64,000 nt of DNA from the human T2T-CHM13v2.0 reference genome, Homo sapiens (GCA_009914755.4 CP068257.2:38944001-39008000); one strand, 5' to 3'. Shown: positions 40,094 through 53,651, counted from the first letter of the stretch. Notes: generated by a model not told the origin, from the sequence alone. Translations and numbers: made by a program.

Positions 40094-42206
40094 AGAAAAG
40101 AAAAGAGGAAGGAAGGAAGGAAAAGAGAAGGGAAGGGAGAGAAGAGAAAAAAGAAAAGAAAAGAGAAATTGCTAGGGAAAGGCACATACTGGGTTTCCAA
40201 GAGCCATCTCTATTCGAAGGTGTGCAAAAGACTCCCAGTGCTTAAAGGCCCAGCCAAGCTCTGCCCTGAAGGCCAGGGTGCTGTTTGCCTCAGGAACGGG
40301 AACACAACCTTTGTAGCTGAAAGTCAGCTCTTCTGAACCTCCTCACATAAAACACTTATCAACAGAAAAGATGAGGCACAACCTAACCACATACTCTGGT
40401 TCCAATTTATAAGAGGATCAGATCCAAATATAGTTTATTACATTGAAAGGGATGTTCTGATGAGAATCCATTTTTAAAAGAAAGGAAAATAGCAAAGAAG
40501 CAAGCAAGTTGTAGCATTACTACAGTCTTTGGATCCAAACATCGCGAATGAGAAATGCTTTAGGCAAAGTAAAAGTTTTGACCTGAATGAGACGAAGTAT
40601 CCTGGTACCTAAAGTCATCCCTGTTGGTAATGGGATCCACAGGCGGCAAACTGTGGCCTCTGTGCTCTGTGTGAGTGCATGTGCGTGTCTGGACTGATTC
40701 TTAGGCCCTGCTGGCCTGTGGTTTTCCTTTGCGCAAGAACTAGCACAAGGCAGAGCACTAGGACCAGCCTGTTTTCTCTGCAGTGGTTTGCTGAGCCCAT
40801 GCTCTGGGGGTAAGCCTTAAAATGGCACATGAGCTTGTAGCAAGAAGGACCCTAATATCGTCACATCAACACGGCTGACTCACTTGTCCCCTAATAATAG
40901 ACAGGTACTACCTAGAAAAGTAGATGTTTTAGAAAAACACTAAAGATATTTTTATATCTGCAGGATCGGTACCACTCTCCAGCTTTCTGATACTTGCTTT
41001 CAAATATAAGAGTGCTTCCCCTACATGACACCTTTTTAAGGAAGGACTAATTTTAAAGCATATTAGAGCCCATATTCTGATATTCATTGACGGGTGGGAG
41101 TTGATGAGCGTAAGGTGACTCAGAGGCCCTCAATGGCCATTTTTGTCAAAGAGCTTATTGAATTTTGTGGGTATTATTCAGTTAGCTAAAAGAAAAAACA
41201 TCTTATCTACTCAGAGTTCCACAGCACAAAGAACCAAAAGTTCTTTCTTAATTGGAGAGGTTGGAAAGTATAATTATGCCGTATGCTTGGCAGGTAAATA
41301 TCTTAAAAACAAGAACAACAGAACACAGAATTGTGGTAATTTCTTGCAACAAGAAAATGTCTTGAAGATGACCTACCTCCTGCACCCCTGACCATACTGG
41401 GTGATACGAAATGTGCACATTAAGAAAAACTAGTGAACTCTATTTAGATAATTTTAAGGGAAACATAGAATGATTTTTATGTGATCTACGACCTGACCAC
41501 ATTACAGTTTTATAGCTGAAAATCACTCTTGGGGAAAAATAAAATAGCTCCCAGTTTCCTCATTTTACAAATATTTCATATATATATATATGCTCATGTT
41601 CCTCAGTATTCCAGAATTCATCAAAAGATAATAGGTAAGGCAGCATGATGTTATATTAAAAATAAAATAAACAGCATCATCTTCTACACTTGTCTTTTCC
41701 CTTAAAATGAAAAAATGAAAGTTTATAAACTCATTTGTAATTAAGATTATAGCTGTTTACAAATATTTTTGCTAGTTAATTTTACCAACCCAATTAATTT
41801 ATCACATTTTCAGAAACCCAAATCTAATAAAACACACTCTCAATAAATAGTAAGCACTCACAACATAATGCATATATTTAGCCGTTATTTCTAAGCCAGG
41901 TTGGCTATTACTAGCTTCAACTAATTTTTGCCTGACTGGAGGGCACTGCTACACCCTGAGAGCAATATTCACAGGGTAAAGAAAAATAATCTACTTTTCC
42001 TACATGACCTTGTGTATTTCATATTTATGTTTTATTTCTTGGGAAAATATCTTCTTCAAACGAAATGTCTCCTTTGTTGGTTTAATGACAGAAATGGGGT
42101 ACTAAGTATTTCACAGAGTTTTAGGATAAAAAGGTTCATGGTTCTAAATCAAAGTTTGCAAGCCGGTTTTTTTTTTTTTTTTAACCTATCTTTTTTACAG
42201 TAATAG

Positions 42207-42519
<313 letters not shown>

Positions 42520-43205
42520 TATTTCTTAGAACAGTTACAGATGTATAGAAAAATTGAGGCGATAGTAGAGAGAGCTCCCATGCACTGTCCCCTGCCACTC
42601 CCCTATACTCAACTTCCTATATTATGAACATCTTGCAACAGTGTGAGGAATTTGCTGTTAACTAAAGGCCGCGATTTACATTAAGCTGTACTCTGTGTGT
42701 TGTACGTTCTGTGCCTTCTGACAAATGTATAATGTCATGTATTCACCATGCTAGTGCCATGCAGAATAGTTTTACTGCCTCACAAATCCCTGGGGTTTGT
42801 CCTGTTCATCTTTCCCCACCTGCCACCTTCACATCCCTGGCAGTCACTGACATTTTTATTGTCTCAGCATTTGCCTTTTCCAGAATGTCATATGGTTGGA
42901 TCCACATACGATGTGGCTTTTTCAGACTTGCTTTCCTTGTGTGGCTGTATGCATTTAAGGTGCTTCCTGATCTTTTTGTAGCTTGATGGATCATTCTTCT
43001 CATCACTGAGTAAAAGTCCACAGTTCACTCACTCAGTTGCTGAAGAACACTTCGGTTGATTTTAGTTCGGTTGCCTTTAGTAAACATTCATGTGCAGATT
43101 TTTACGGGGAAATAAGTTTTCAAATTATTTGCATGAATGCCAAGAAGCGTGATTGCTGGATCCTATGGTAAGACTATGTTTAGTTTGTAAGAAACTGCCA
43201 AACTG

Positions 43206-43509
43206 TTTTTTTTTTTTTTTTTTTTTTTTGAGATGGAGTCTCACTCTGTCACCCAGGCTACAGTGCAGTGGCACGATCTTGGCTCACTGAAACCTCCGCC
43301 TCCTGGGTTCAAGTGATTCTCCTGCCTCAGCCTCCCAAGTAGCTGGGATTACAGGTGCACGCCATGACACCCGGCTAATTTTTGTATTTTTAGTAGAGAC
43401 AGGTTGTCATCATGTTGGCCAGGATGGACTTGATCTCTTGACCTTGTGATCTGCCCACCTCGGCCTCCCAAAGTGCTGGGATTACAGGCGTGAGCCACCG
43501 CGACTGGCC
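43206..43509 (-). mobile_element. Alu SINE (AluS-like), full length, TSD caaactgt
   Basis: A 26-nt poly-T, then gagatggagtctcactctgtcacccaggctacagtgcagtggcacgatcttggctcactgaaacctccgcctcctgggttcaagtgattctcctgcctcagcctcccaagtagctgggattacaggtgcacgccatgacacccggctaatttttgtatttttagtagagacagg...cctcggcctcccaaagtgctgggattacaggcgtgagccaccgcgactggcc. The flanks are ctgccaaactgt | Alu | caaactgtctttt. Confidence 0.93.
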
Positions 43510-43905
43510 CAAACTGTCTTTTAAAGTGACTCTGCCGTCTCTGTTACTCCACATCTCATCAGCATTTGATATTGTAAGTTTTTTGAATTTTAGCCAGTTT
43601 AGTAGCTATAGAGTAGTATCTCGTTATTGTTTTAATTTAAAATTATTTAACGACATATAATGCTGATCATCTTTTCATATCTTTATCTTCCACTTCTGTG
43701 TCTTCTTAGGTGAGGTGATCTTCCAGATCTTTTGTTCTTTTTTAACATTGGATCATTTGTTTTCACATTGTTGAGCTTTAAGGCTGCTTTATATATTTGG
43801 ATACAAGTCTTTTTCCAATATGTGTTTCACAAAGATTTTCTCTCCATCTTTGGCTTGTCTTTTAACGTTCTCAATTGTTCAATTGTGTCTTTTGCTGAGC
43901 AGAAG

Positions 43906-44150
43906 GCTTTTTTTTATTATTATTATTTTACTTTAAGTTCTGGGATACAAGTGCAGAACATGCAGGTTTGTTACATAGGTGTACATGTACCATGGTGGTT
44001 TGCTGTACCTATCAACCTGTCATCTAGGTTTTAAGCCCCACATGCATTAGCTATTTATCCTAATGCTCTCCCTCCCTTGGCCCCCAACCCCCTGGCTGGC
44101 CTCAGTATGTGTTGTTCTCCTCCCTGTGTCCATGTGTTATCATTGTTCTG
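43906..44150 (-). mobile_element. L1PA-type 3' end (last ~240 bp with A-tail), reverse orientation
   Basis: The plus strand reads ttttttttattattattattttactttaagttctgggatacaagtgcagaacatgcaggtttgttacataggtgtacatgtaccatggtggtttgctgtacctatcaacctgtcatctaggttttaagccccacatgcattagctatttatcctaatgctctccctcccttggcccccaaccccctggc...gtgtccatgtgttatcattgttc. This is the reverse complement of the L1PA 3'UTR end (...gggagggagagcattaggacaaatacctaatgcatgcggggcttaaaacctagatgacaggttgatgggtgcagcaaaccaccatggcacatgtatacctatgtaacaaacctgcacgttctgcacatgtatcccagaacttaaagtaaaataaaaa). Confidence 0.88.
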
Positions 44151-44866
44151 GGACACAGCTAAAGCAGTGTTAAGAGGGAAATTTATAGCACTAAATGCCC
44201 ACATCAGAAAGCCAGAAAGATCTCAAATCGACACCCTAACATCACAATTAAAAGAGCTAGAGAAGCAAGAGCAAACAAATCCAAAAGCTAGCAGAAAACA
44301 ATAAATAACTAAGATCAGAGTAGAACTGAAGGAGATAGAGACACAAAAAATCCTTCAAAAAAATCAATGAATCCAGGAGCTGGTTTTTTGAAAATGTTAA
44401 CAAAATAGATAGATTGCTAGATAGACTAGTAAAGAAGAAAAGAGAGAAGAATAGACACAATAAAACACGATAAAGGGGATATCACCACTGACCCCACAGA
44501 AATACAAACTACCATCAGAGAATACTATAAACACCTCTATGCAAATAAACTAGAAAATCTAGAAGAAATGGATAAATTCCTGGACACATACACCCTCCCA
44601 AGATGAAACCAGGAAGAAGTCAAATCTCTGGATAGACCAATAACAAGTTCTGAAATTGAGGCAGTCATTAATAGCCTACCAACCAAAAAAAGCCCAGAAT
44701 CAGATGGATTCACAGCTGAATTCTACAGAGTTACAAAGAGGAGCTGGTACCATCCTTCTGAAACTATTTCAAATAATTGAAAAGGAGGGACTCCTCCCTA
44801 ACTCATTTTATGAGGCCATCATCTCCTGATACCAAAACCTGGCAGAGATACAACAATAAAAAGAGC
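44150..44866 (+). mobile_element. L1PA-type ORF2 fragment (EN/Z-domain region), plus orientation, abutting the reverse-oriented L1 3' end
   Basis: tgggacacagctaaagcagtgttaagagggaaatttatagcactaaatgcccacatcagaaagccagaaagatctcaaatcgacaccctaacatcacaattaaaagagctagagaagcaagagcaaacaaatccaaaagctagcagaaaacaataaataactaagatcagagtagaactgaaggagatagagacacaaaaaatccttcaaaaaaatcaatgaatccaggagctggttttttgaaaa...aaaggggatatcaccactgaccccacagaaatacaaactaccatcagagaatactataaacacctctatgcaaataaactagaaaatctagaagaaatggataaattcctggacacatacaccctcccaagat... is about 90% identical to L1HS ORF2. Confidence 0.88.
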
Positions 44867-44869
44867 AGA

Positions 44870-45245
44870 AGTTTTTAAATTGAAGGAAGTCAAACTATCT
44901 TAGCTAGCTTGGGTTGCTATAAGAAAATACCATCAACTGGGTAATTTATGAACAACTGACATTTCTCACAGTGCTGGAGACTGGATAGTCCAAGATCAGG
45001 GCACCAGCAGATTTGCTGTCTTGTGTGGAGCTGCTTTCTGGTTCATAGATGGTGATTCTTGCTACGTCCTCACATGGTGGAAGAGACAAGGCAGCTCTCT
45101 GGGGTCTTTATTATATGGGCACTAATCTCATTCACGAGGGCAGAGACCTCATGATTTAATCACCTCTCAAAGGCCCCACCTCCTAAGACTATCACAACAT
45201 ATGAATTTTGGGGAGACACATACATCCAGACCATAGCACCAACTT
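44870..45245 (-). mobile_element. ERVL-MaLR LTR fragment (reverse orientation)
   Basis: The plus strand reads ...ccatcaactgggtaatttatgaacaactgacatttctcacagtgctggagactggatagtccaagatcagggcaccagcagatttgctgtcttgtgtggagctgctttctggttcatagatggtgattcttgctacgtcctcacatggtggaagagacaaggcagctctctggggtctttattatatgggcactaatctcattcacgagggcagagacctcatgatttaatcacctctcaaaggccccacctcctaagactatcacaacatatgaattttggggagacacatacatccagaccatagca. This is the reverse complement of a MaLR LTR beginning tgctatggtctggatgtatgtgtctccccaaaattcatatgttg. Confidence 0.75.
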
Positions 45246-46761
45246 ATTAATTTGTCCTTTCATTCGTCATACTTTTGCGGTTGTATCTAAAAAGTCAAAA
45301 CCAAACCCAAGGTTACCTAGACTTCCTCCTATATTATCTTTTAGTAGTTGTATTGTTTTGCACTTTATATGTGGGTCTCTAATCAATTTTGAGTTTTTTT
45401 GTTGTTGTTGTTAAAGCACGTATTGTAAAATATTTGCTAAATTTTGTGTCTAGTTTCTTTCACACATGGATTTTCAGGTGTTCCAGCATTATTTGTTGAA
45501 AAGACTATCCTTTCCCCATTGAATTGTCTTTGTTCCTTTGTCAATATTCAGTTGAATATATTTGTGTGCATCTGTTTCTGAGCCCTCATTCTGTTCCATT
45601 GACCTACTTGCCTGTTCTTCCACCAACACCAGAAGCTAGTGATTACCAAAAGTCTTGAAGTCAGGTAATGTCAGTTCTCTCATGGTTCTTCTACAGTATC
45701 TCCTTGCCTATTCTAGGTCTTTTAGCTTTCCATGTAAGCTTTAGAATCAGTTTTTCAATGTGTAAAAATTGGCTTGCTGAGATTTTGATTGGGATGACTC
45801 TGAATCTATAAATCAAGTTGAGAAAAACTGACATCGTAACAAAATTGAGTCCTGTCCATGACAATAGAATCTCTCTCCATTTCTATATATCTTGTCTATT
45901 TCATTAGAGTTTTGTAGTTTTCTTCATGTAAATACTGTCCAGATGTAGTTAGATTAATATTTAAGTGGGTTTTTTGGTGCTAATAGAAATTATATTGGTT
46001 TTTCATTTCAAATTCCAATTGTTTATTGCTGGTACATTGGAAAGCAATTGACTTTCATATATTAGTCTTGTATCCTGCAACCCTCTATGACTACTTATTA
46101 ATTCCAGAAATTTTTTTGTTAACTGTTTCAGATTTTCAAATAGACTACCATGTCATCTGTGAACAAGGACAATTTTATTTATTTCTTCTCAATCTGTATA
46201 TATTTTATTTCCTTTTCTTGCCTTCCTGGATTAGCTCAGACTTCCAGCACAATGTTGAAAAGGAGTGATGAAAAGGAAAATCTTTTACTTGTTCCAATCT
46301 TAGAGGGAAGAAACTTATTTTCTCATTATTAAGTATGATGTCTGTTATAGGTTTTATGTAGATTCTTTTTTCCAAGATGAGGAAGTTCCCCTCTATTCCT
46401 AGTTTGCTGAGACATTTTTATCATAAATAAGTGCCGGTTTTACCAAATTCTTTTTTGCATCTGTTGTTATGATCATATGATTTTCATTCTTCAGCCTATT
46501 ATAATGCGATAGGTTACATTTCCTCATTTTCTAATGTTAAAGCATCCTTCAATACCTGGAATAAATCCAAATGCATCATGGTACATTATTCTTTTTATAC
46601 ATTGTTGGATTTAATCTGCTAGTATTTTATTGAGTAATTTTGTATCTAAATTCATTAGAGCTATTGATCTGTAGTTTTCTTGTGATGTCTTTATCTGTTT
46701 TGGTTTTAGGATAATACTGGCCTCATCAAATGAGTTAGCAAATGTTCCCTCTGCTTCTACT

Positions 46762-47055
46762 TTTTTTTTTTTTTTTTTTTTTTTTGAGATTGGGTCTCAC
46801 TCTGTCACTTAGTCTGGAGTGCAGTGGCTAGATCTCTGCTCACTACAACCTCTGTCTCCCAGGCTGAAGTAATTCTCCCACCTCAGCCTCCCAAGTAGCT
46901 GGGACTATAGCCATGTGCCTCCATGCTCAGATAATTATTTGTATTTTTTGTAGAGACAGGGTTTGTCATGTTGCCCAGGCTGGTCTGGAAATCCTGAGCT
47001 CAAGCAATCCGCCCGCTGCGGCTTCTCAAAGTGCTGAGATCATAGTCATGAGACA
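46762..47055 (-). mobile_element. Alu SINE (older, diverged) nested in the reverse-oriented L1
   Basis: A 27-nt poly-T, then gagattgggtctcactctgtcacttagtctggagtgcagtggctagatctctgctcactacaacctctgtctcccaggctgaagtaattctcccacctcagcctcccaagtagctgggactatagccatgtgcctccatgctcagataattatttgtattttttgtagagacagggtttgtcatgttgcccaggctggtctggaaatcctgagctcaagcaatccgcccgctgcggcttctcaaagtgctgagatcatagtcatgag. Confidence 0.9.
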
Positions 47056-48759
47056 TAACGTCAGCTCAGCTTTTATTTTTAGGAAGAGATTGCAAAGAAT
47101 TGGTATCATTTTTTTTCTTTAAGAGTTGGTAGATTTCACTAGTGCAAACACTGGTGCCTGATGCTATCTTTTTTGGAAGGTTATTAATTATTGAGTCAAT
47201 TTCTTTCATTGATATAGGCCCATTCAGAATATCTGTTTCTCCTTATACAAATCTTGATAGTCTGTGTCCTTCAAGAAATTAGTTTATTTCATCCAAGTAT
47301 TCAAATTTATGGCTACAGGGCTTTTCATAACCCTATTATCCCTTTAATTATTATCCTTTTAACATCTATGAAAGCATTCCTGATGAGTTCTCTTTTATTT
47401 CCAATATTAATAATTCATGTCTTCTTTTTGCTTGATAGCCAGGTTAGAGGTTTACCAATTTTATTGACATTTTTAAAGAACCAGATTTTAGTTTTGCTGA
47501 TTTTCTCTACTGGTTTCCTGGTCTCAATGTAGCTGATTTCTGGTCTAAGTTTTATTATTTTCTTTCTTCTGCTTGTTTTAGGCTGATATTGCACTTCTTA
47601 CTCCAGTTTTCTAAGGTGGAAGCTTCGACTATTGATTTCAAATCTTTTTTCTTTTCTAATCTATGCATTCAATGTTATAAGTTTCTGTGAAGCAGTGATT
47701 TCATTGCATCCCACATTTTGATAGGTTATATTTTCATTTAGTTACAAATAATTTAAATTTCCCTTGAGATTTCTGCTTTGACTTATGTGTTATTTGGAAG
47801 TGTATTTTTATTCTCCAAATATTTAGAGATTTGCAGCTGTCTTTATGTTATTAAATTTAATTCCATTGAAGTTTAATTTCATTATAATCAAGACCATATT
47901 TTATATGATGTCTATGATTTTAATTTTCTTGAGATGTCTTTTATAGTCCAGAATATAGTCTTGGTGAATAGACCATGTGAATTTGTAAAGAATGTGCATT
48001 CTGCTGTTGTTCATGAAGTATTCTATGAATGTAAATTAGATTCAGTTGTTTGATGGCATTGTTACATAGGTCAACTATAACCTTACTGATTTTCTGTCTG
48101 CTGGCTCTGTTAACTACTGACAGAGGGGTGCTGAAGCCCCTAACTATAACAGCAAGTTTTTCTAATTCTGCTTATGCATTTTATTTTACTGTCATTTATT
48201 CCTACGAAGCTCCTCCTTTTGTTATGTAAATCTGAATTTCTGACCCATGCTATTTTCTTCTTTCTGAATACATTCTTTTAACCTTTCTTAAATGTTAAAG
48301 GCAGGTTTACTGGTAACAAATTCCCTCAATTTTTTTGTGTCTGACAAAAATCTTTATTTCTCCTTCACTTTTGAAGAAACATTATGTAGACAGAGAATTC
48401 TATCTTGGTGGGTTTTTTGTTGCTGTTGTTACTGTTGTTGTTGTTCAATACTGTACATTTCACTCCACTCTCTTACTTGTGTAGCTTGTGGCAAAAAGTC
48501 CAGTATAATTCTTAGCTTTGTCTCTCTACAGGTAAGGTGTTTTTCTCTGGCTTGTTTCAATATTGTCTCTTTTTCTTTAGATTTCTGCAGTTTGGATATG
48601 ACATGCCTAGGTGTAGACTTTTTTGCATTTCTTTTTTTTTTTTTTTTTTCTGAGCCTCTTGGATATGTGGTTTAGTGTCTATCATTAATTTTGGAAAGCT
48701 GTCAGCTATTGTTATTTCAAATATATCTTCTGCTCCCTTTTCTCCTTTTTCTGGGATTC

Positions 48760-49083
48760 TCATTCTGCATGTGTTATACCTTTTGTAATTGTCCCAGAGT
48801 ACTTGAACAGTCTGTTTCTATTTTTCCATTCATTTTTTTTCTCTTTGCATTTTGGTTTAAAAAGTTTCTCCTGACGTATCTTCAAGCTCATTGATTCTTT
48901 CTTGTTTATATCTAGTCTATTAATGAGCTCATCAAAGGCACTTTTTATTTCTGCTACATTGCTTTTGAGTTCTAGCACCTCCTTTAAATTCTTCCTTAGA
49001 GTTTCCATTTCTGTGCTGACATTATCCATCTGTTCTTGCTTGTCATCTACTTTTCCTATTAGAACCCTAATTCTGTTAATCAT
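48760..49083 (-). pseudogene. L1 ORF1p remnant (coiled-coil region) inside the reverse-oriented old L1; not a functional gene
   Basis: The translated ORF resembles L1 ORF1p (heptad-rich ...LRKNLKEVLELKSNVAEIKSAFDELINRLD...). It is embedded in reverse-complement L1 sequence, with disrupted flanking frames. Confidence 0.7.
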
Positions 49084-50439
49084 AGTTAAATTCCATATCC
49101 AATAATTCCAAAATCACTGCCATATATGAGTCTGGTTCTGATGCTTATTCTGTCTCTTCATATGTATTTTTTCTTGCCTTTCATTTCTTGTCATTATTTG
49201 TTGAGAGTCAGACACAGTATTTGGGTAATGAAAGCTAATATAATTAGACTTTTAGCATGAGGTTTTACATGAATCTGGGCTGTATTTAATGTTTGATGTA
49301 GCTGCAGGTGACACAGCCTTTAGTTTCTTTATCTCACTTTTCTCTCTTGTTGTCTTTGTGTTTCCCTAGGAACTCATTCTTGAATAGAGGCTGCATCTTG
49401 CAGCTCTCTTAGCTGTAATTCACTGGTATTATTTTGGAGCCTTGTTGATGTGATGCTGAGGTGTTAGGGAGAGGAAGCTCTCCATACTCTTAAGATAAAA
49501 TCTCAGCTTGCAGTATACCCAAGTCCCTGGATTGTGACTTTCAGATGTGCTTTGTGGTTGTGTTTATTTGTTTGTTTGTTTTTTAGCTTTTCTTCCTCCT
49601 CCTATGTGAGGCAGGCAGGATAGAAGGGGGCACCAGTGGCTAATTTTCCTTTCCTCAAGTTGGACAATGTTCTGGTAAGGTAGCCTTCCTTGAAGGACAT
49701 GGTTTTCTTATAGAGAATGCAATGGGCTTGCTTCAAATACTTACCTTCTCACTTCCCATGCTCAGAACTAGAGGGGATTTTTCTCTGACCTTCATGTGAG
49801 AATCTGGTGAGCTTCCTGGAGGAAAAACTCAAGAAAGCTGTAGGGGCTCCTAGGAAATATTAACTCTCAAGCCTCACATACTTAGTCTCCAGCAATTCAT
49901 TGAACTTACCATTTACGTGTTCCTACCAATCACTGGCTCCGCAAGCTTCTGCCCCCTGTAAGCTGACCTTGGCTCTCATTCTCTGTGTTGACCTGTCTCT
50001 CCAGATTGCAGACCAGTGGTTTGCCCTGTGACCTCAATCCTCTGATGAATCCAGAAAAGTCATAGATTTTCATTCTGTTCAGCTTTTTTTCATGTTATGA
50101 GCCCAGGAGTAATCACTTCCAAGCTCTCTGGGTGCCCTCGCTGAAAATCAAAGTCAGCAAACTTTTTCTTACGAAGGGCCAAATGATAAATATTTTTGGC
50201 TTTGAGAGATACAGAGTCTCTATTGCAGCTCCTGAAGTGTCCTATTGTAATATGAAAGTAGCCATAAACAAAATGCGAATAAGTGAACATGGCTGCGTCC
50301 CAATACAGCTTCATTTACAAAAAAAGGGGTTGGGCCACATTTGGCCTGTGAGCCCCATTTTGCTGATCCCTGCTCTATACAGGCTACAGAATGAAAGGCC
50401 ATCAGGGGCCAAGACATTAGTAAACATGAGCAAAGGTGA

Positions 50440-51120
<681 letters not shown>

Positions 51121-51269
51121 TAAAATGTTTAGTGTTGGCAACTATTCAAAATAAATTTTTAAACATTGCCCAGGTCAACAGTCAAACACAAATATTTGTC
51201 AAGTACAAATCCTCTAGCTGGCTAACATTGGCTGGCTTGTGGTTGAATTTGGCCTCCAACCCAGGCCAG

Positions 51270-51400
51270 CCCCAAGTTTTACCAAACGGGTGCATGGGAG
51301 TTAAAGAAGGTGCCCAAGGTCACACAGCCAGGAGACAGCAGAGTGTGACCTGGGCTGTAGTAGCTGAGCAGCCCACTTCTGTATGCGAGCTCACAGCTCA
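51270..51400 (-). mobile_element. MIR SINE fragment
   Basis: ...ggtgcccaaggtcacacagccaggagacagcagagtgtgacctgggctgtagtagctgagcagcccacttc resembles the reverse complement of the MIR core (...cttgcccaaggtcacacagctagtaagtggcagagccgggattcgaacccaggc...). Confidence 0.55.
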
Positions 51401-51458
51401 GAGCAAATGTACCTTTTAGCTTCCATGGAATGAACATCTCTCTGCTCTGTTTTCAGTC

Positions 51459-51806
51459 TGATATGGTTTGGCTGTGTCATCACCCAAAACTTATCTTGAA
51501 TTCCCACATATTTTGGGAGAGACCTGCTGGGAGGTAATTGAATCATGGGGGCAGGTCTTTCCTGTGCTGTTCTTGTGACAATGAATAAGTCTCACAAGAT
51601 CTTATGGTTTTATAAAGGGCGAGTTTCCCTGCACAAGCTCTGTCTTTGCCTGCTGCCATCCTTGTAAAACATGACTTGGTCCTCCTTGCCTTCCACCATG
51701 TTTGTGAGGCCTTGCCAGCCACGTGGAACTCTGAGTCCATTAAACCTTTTTCCTGTATAAATTACCCAGTCTTGGGTATGTCTTTATTAGCAGTGTGAAA
51801 ACACAG
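51459..51806 (+). mobile_element. THE1-type ERVL-MaLR LTR
   Basis: tgatatggtttggctgtgtcatcacccaaaacttatcttgaattcccacatattttgggagagacctgctgggaggtaattgaatcatgggggcaggtctttcctgtgctgttcttgtgacaatgaataagtctcacaagatcttatggttttataaagggcgagtttccctgcacaagctctgtctttgcctgctgccatccttgtaaaacatgacttggtcctccttgccttccaccatgtttgtgaggccttgccagccacgtggaactctgagtccattaaacctttttcctgtataaattacccagtcttgggtatgtctttattagcagtgtgaaaacacag. Confidence 0.9.
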
Positions 51807-52204
51807 TCCCACCACTGAGTCATTTTCTTCCACTGATATTAAGAATCCTCGTGTTTACATTCTTACATACCTTTTCAGAAATCAACTAACTTCACACTCT
51901 TTTTTCAAAAAGCACAATTATGTTTCAGTTAATCAGCAAAGAACTAATAAAACAATCACAATTATGCCTGTGCTGTGAAATCACAGCAAGATAAATGGTT
52001 CCAATCAGTCAAAGGAATTCTACAAAGAACATCATATATAAGAAATGTGCTTCAAGTTATTTGGATCCAAATTTCATATGCCTCATTCTCCCTTTAATTC
52101 TGATTTTTTTTTTTTTTTTTTTTAGGAAATAAATTCCATCTTTTCAGGGATTTCATCTTTTTAGAAAGCGATATTCTTTCTTTAGGGGAAAAATGAAAAG
52201 AAGC

Positions 52205-52572
52205 ATGATATGGTTTGGCTGTGTCCCCACCCAAATCTCATCGTGAATTGTACTGCCATAATTCCCACGTGTCATGGGAGGGGCCCGGTGGGAGGTAATG
52301 GAAACATGGGCGGGTGGGGGTTTCCCTCACACTGTTCTCATGCTACTGAATAAGTCTCATGAGATCTGATGTTTTTATAAGGGGTTTCCCCATTCACTTG
52401 GCTCTCATTCTCTCTTGCCTGCTGCCATGTAAGACGTGCCTTTCACCTTCTGCCATGAGTGTGAGGCCTCCCCAGCCACGTGGAACTGTGAGTCCATTAA
52501 ACCTCTTTTTCTTTATAAATTACCCTGTCTCGGGTATGTCTTTATCAGCAGCAAGGTAATGAACTAATACAA
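52205..52572 (+). mobile_element. THE1-type ERVL-MaLR LTR (second copy, 400 bp downstream of the first)
   Basis: tgatatggtttggctgtgtccccacccaaatctcatcgtgaattgtactgccataattcccacgtgtcatgggaggggcccggtgggaggtaatggaaacatgggcgggtgggggtttccctcacactgttctcatgctactgaataagtctcatgagatctgatgtttttataaggggtttccccattcacttggctctcattctctcttgcctgctgccatgtaagacgtgcctttcaccttctgccatgagtgtgaggcctccccagccacgtggaactgtgagtccattaaacctctttttctttataaattaccctgtctcgggtatgtctttatcagcagcaaggtaatgaactaatacaaag. Confidence 0.9.
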
Positions 52573-53651
52573 AGCAATTGGTTAGAATATTCCCACATTG
52601 AGAGGCGCCATTCCATAGGTGCCACTTTGGATGGAGAAGGAAGTTGGTACAGGGCCAAGGTCCCTTCTCAGAGGCTGCAGTGAAGAGTGAGTGAGGAAGG
52701 GGGGAGTTTCAGGAGGGCCCTGGCTTGCTCTTGGTGTTGCCATCACTCTTGTTCCTGTGATCCAGAGATCTTCAAAAGACAGAATTATCACCTCTAAAGA
52801 GCACCATAAATGGTAGGAGGAGACTGATTATAAAATATACATAATCCTCATGAATTCTGCTGAAGTATTTTTCTAGTGGCAGTGAGAAATTATCCTAAAA
52901 ACGTGATGACATCACATCTCATTCTATTTCATGGCTACAATTTTGAAATGCCATAGCAGTGTATTTTTCTGGCATTAGGGATAAAAATTAATATTTTGAA
53001 AATATATTTGAAACTGCAAAGAACAGCAAAATATCCTGTGATTATATGCAAAATTAAAATTAGGGAGAAATGGTTAGGTGTGTTGAGCAGAGTAACAAAA
53101 AAGAAACCGTGCCATTGTATACCAGGTAACATTGTATATTTTCTCATTTCCTAAACGGTGTTCTAAGGAAAAATAAGAGATACAGCTCAAAATAAACTGT
53201 TTTGTGCCCAGATAAGCTCTGGAAAAGGTTAGCTGAAGTGAAACAGGTGTGTTGACAACAGAATATCTCAGCACTTTTAGTGTGCTTGTATGCGTTGTAT
53301 TCTTAGTAGATCTCTACTATGAGGTATTTTTCAAGTCTATTGACCATCAAAGCCCATATTCAAATGCAGAACTTTCAAACTCTCCCTGAGAAGTATTTAA
53401 TGGAACACAATTTGGGAAACATTGATTCATTTTAATTGTTGGGAAATTTAAATAAATTCACATATTTAGAAAGTTAACTTTGCAATACTCTTAAAGGATA
53501 CAACAATTTTGGTTTGAAGTGTACCAGGGACCTCTTCTCTTCTTTAAATTTAAGGTTATTAATTCCAGGAGCTACCACTCGTTTTCACCCTGGGTAATTT
53601 GCAAGTTCTTTCTGGGTAAAGTGTTTTGAATAAGTTGAATTGCTTCAGATT

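Larger units (their letters stand above)
45420..49500 (-). mobile_element. Old LINE-1 (L1M/L1P-like), reverse orientation, running from the ORF2 3' region through ORF1 towards the 5'UTR; interrupted by an Alu at 46762-47055
   Basis: Plus-strand sequence throughout is the reverse complement of L1 ORF2, for example ...ttcatcaaatgagttagcaaatgttccctctgcttctac... and ...gtttgctgagacatttttatcataaataagtgccggttttaccaaattcttttttgcatctgttgttatgatcatatgattttcattcttcag. The 107-aa minus-strand ORF at 48760-49083 (MINRIRVLIGKVDDKQEQMDNVSTEMETLRKNLKEVLELKSNVAEIKSAFDELINRLD...) is a coiled-coil L1 ORF1p remnant. Confidence 0.8.
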
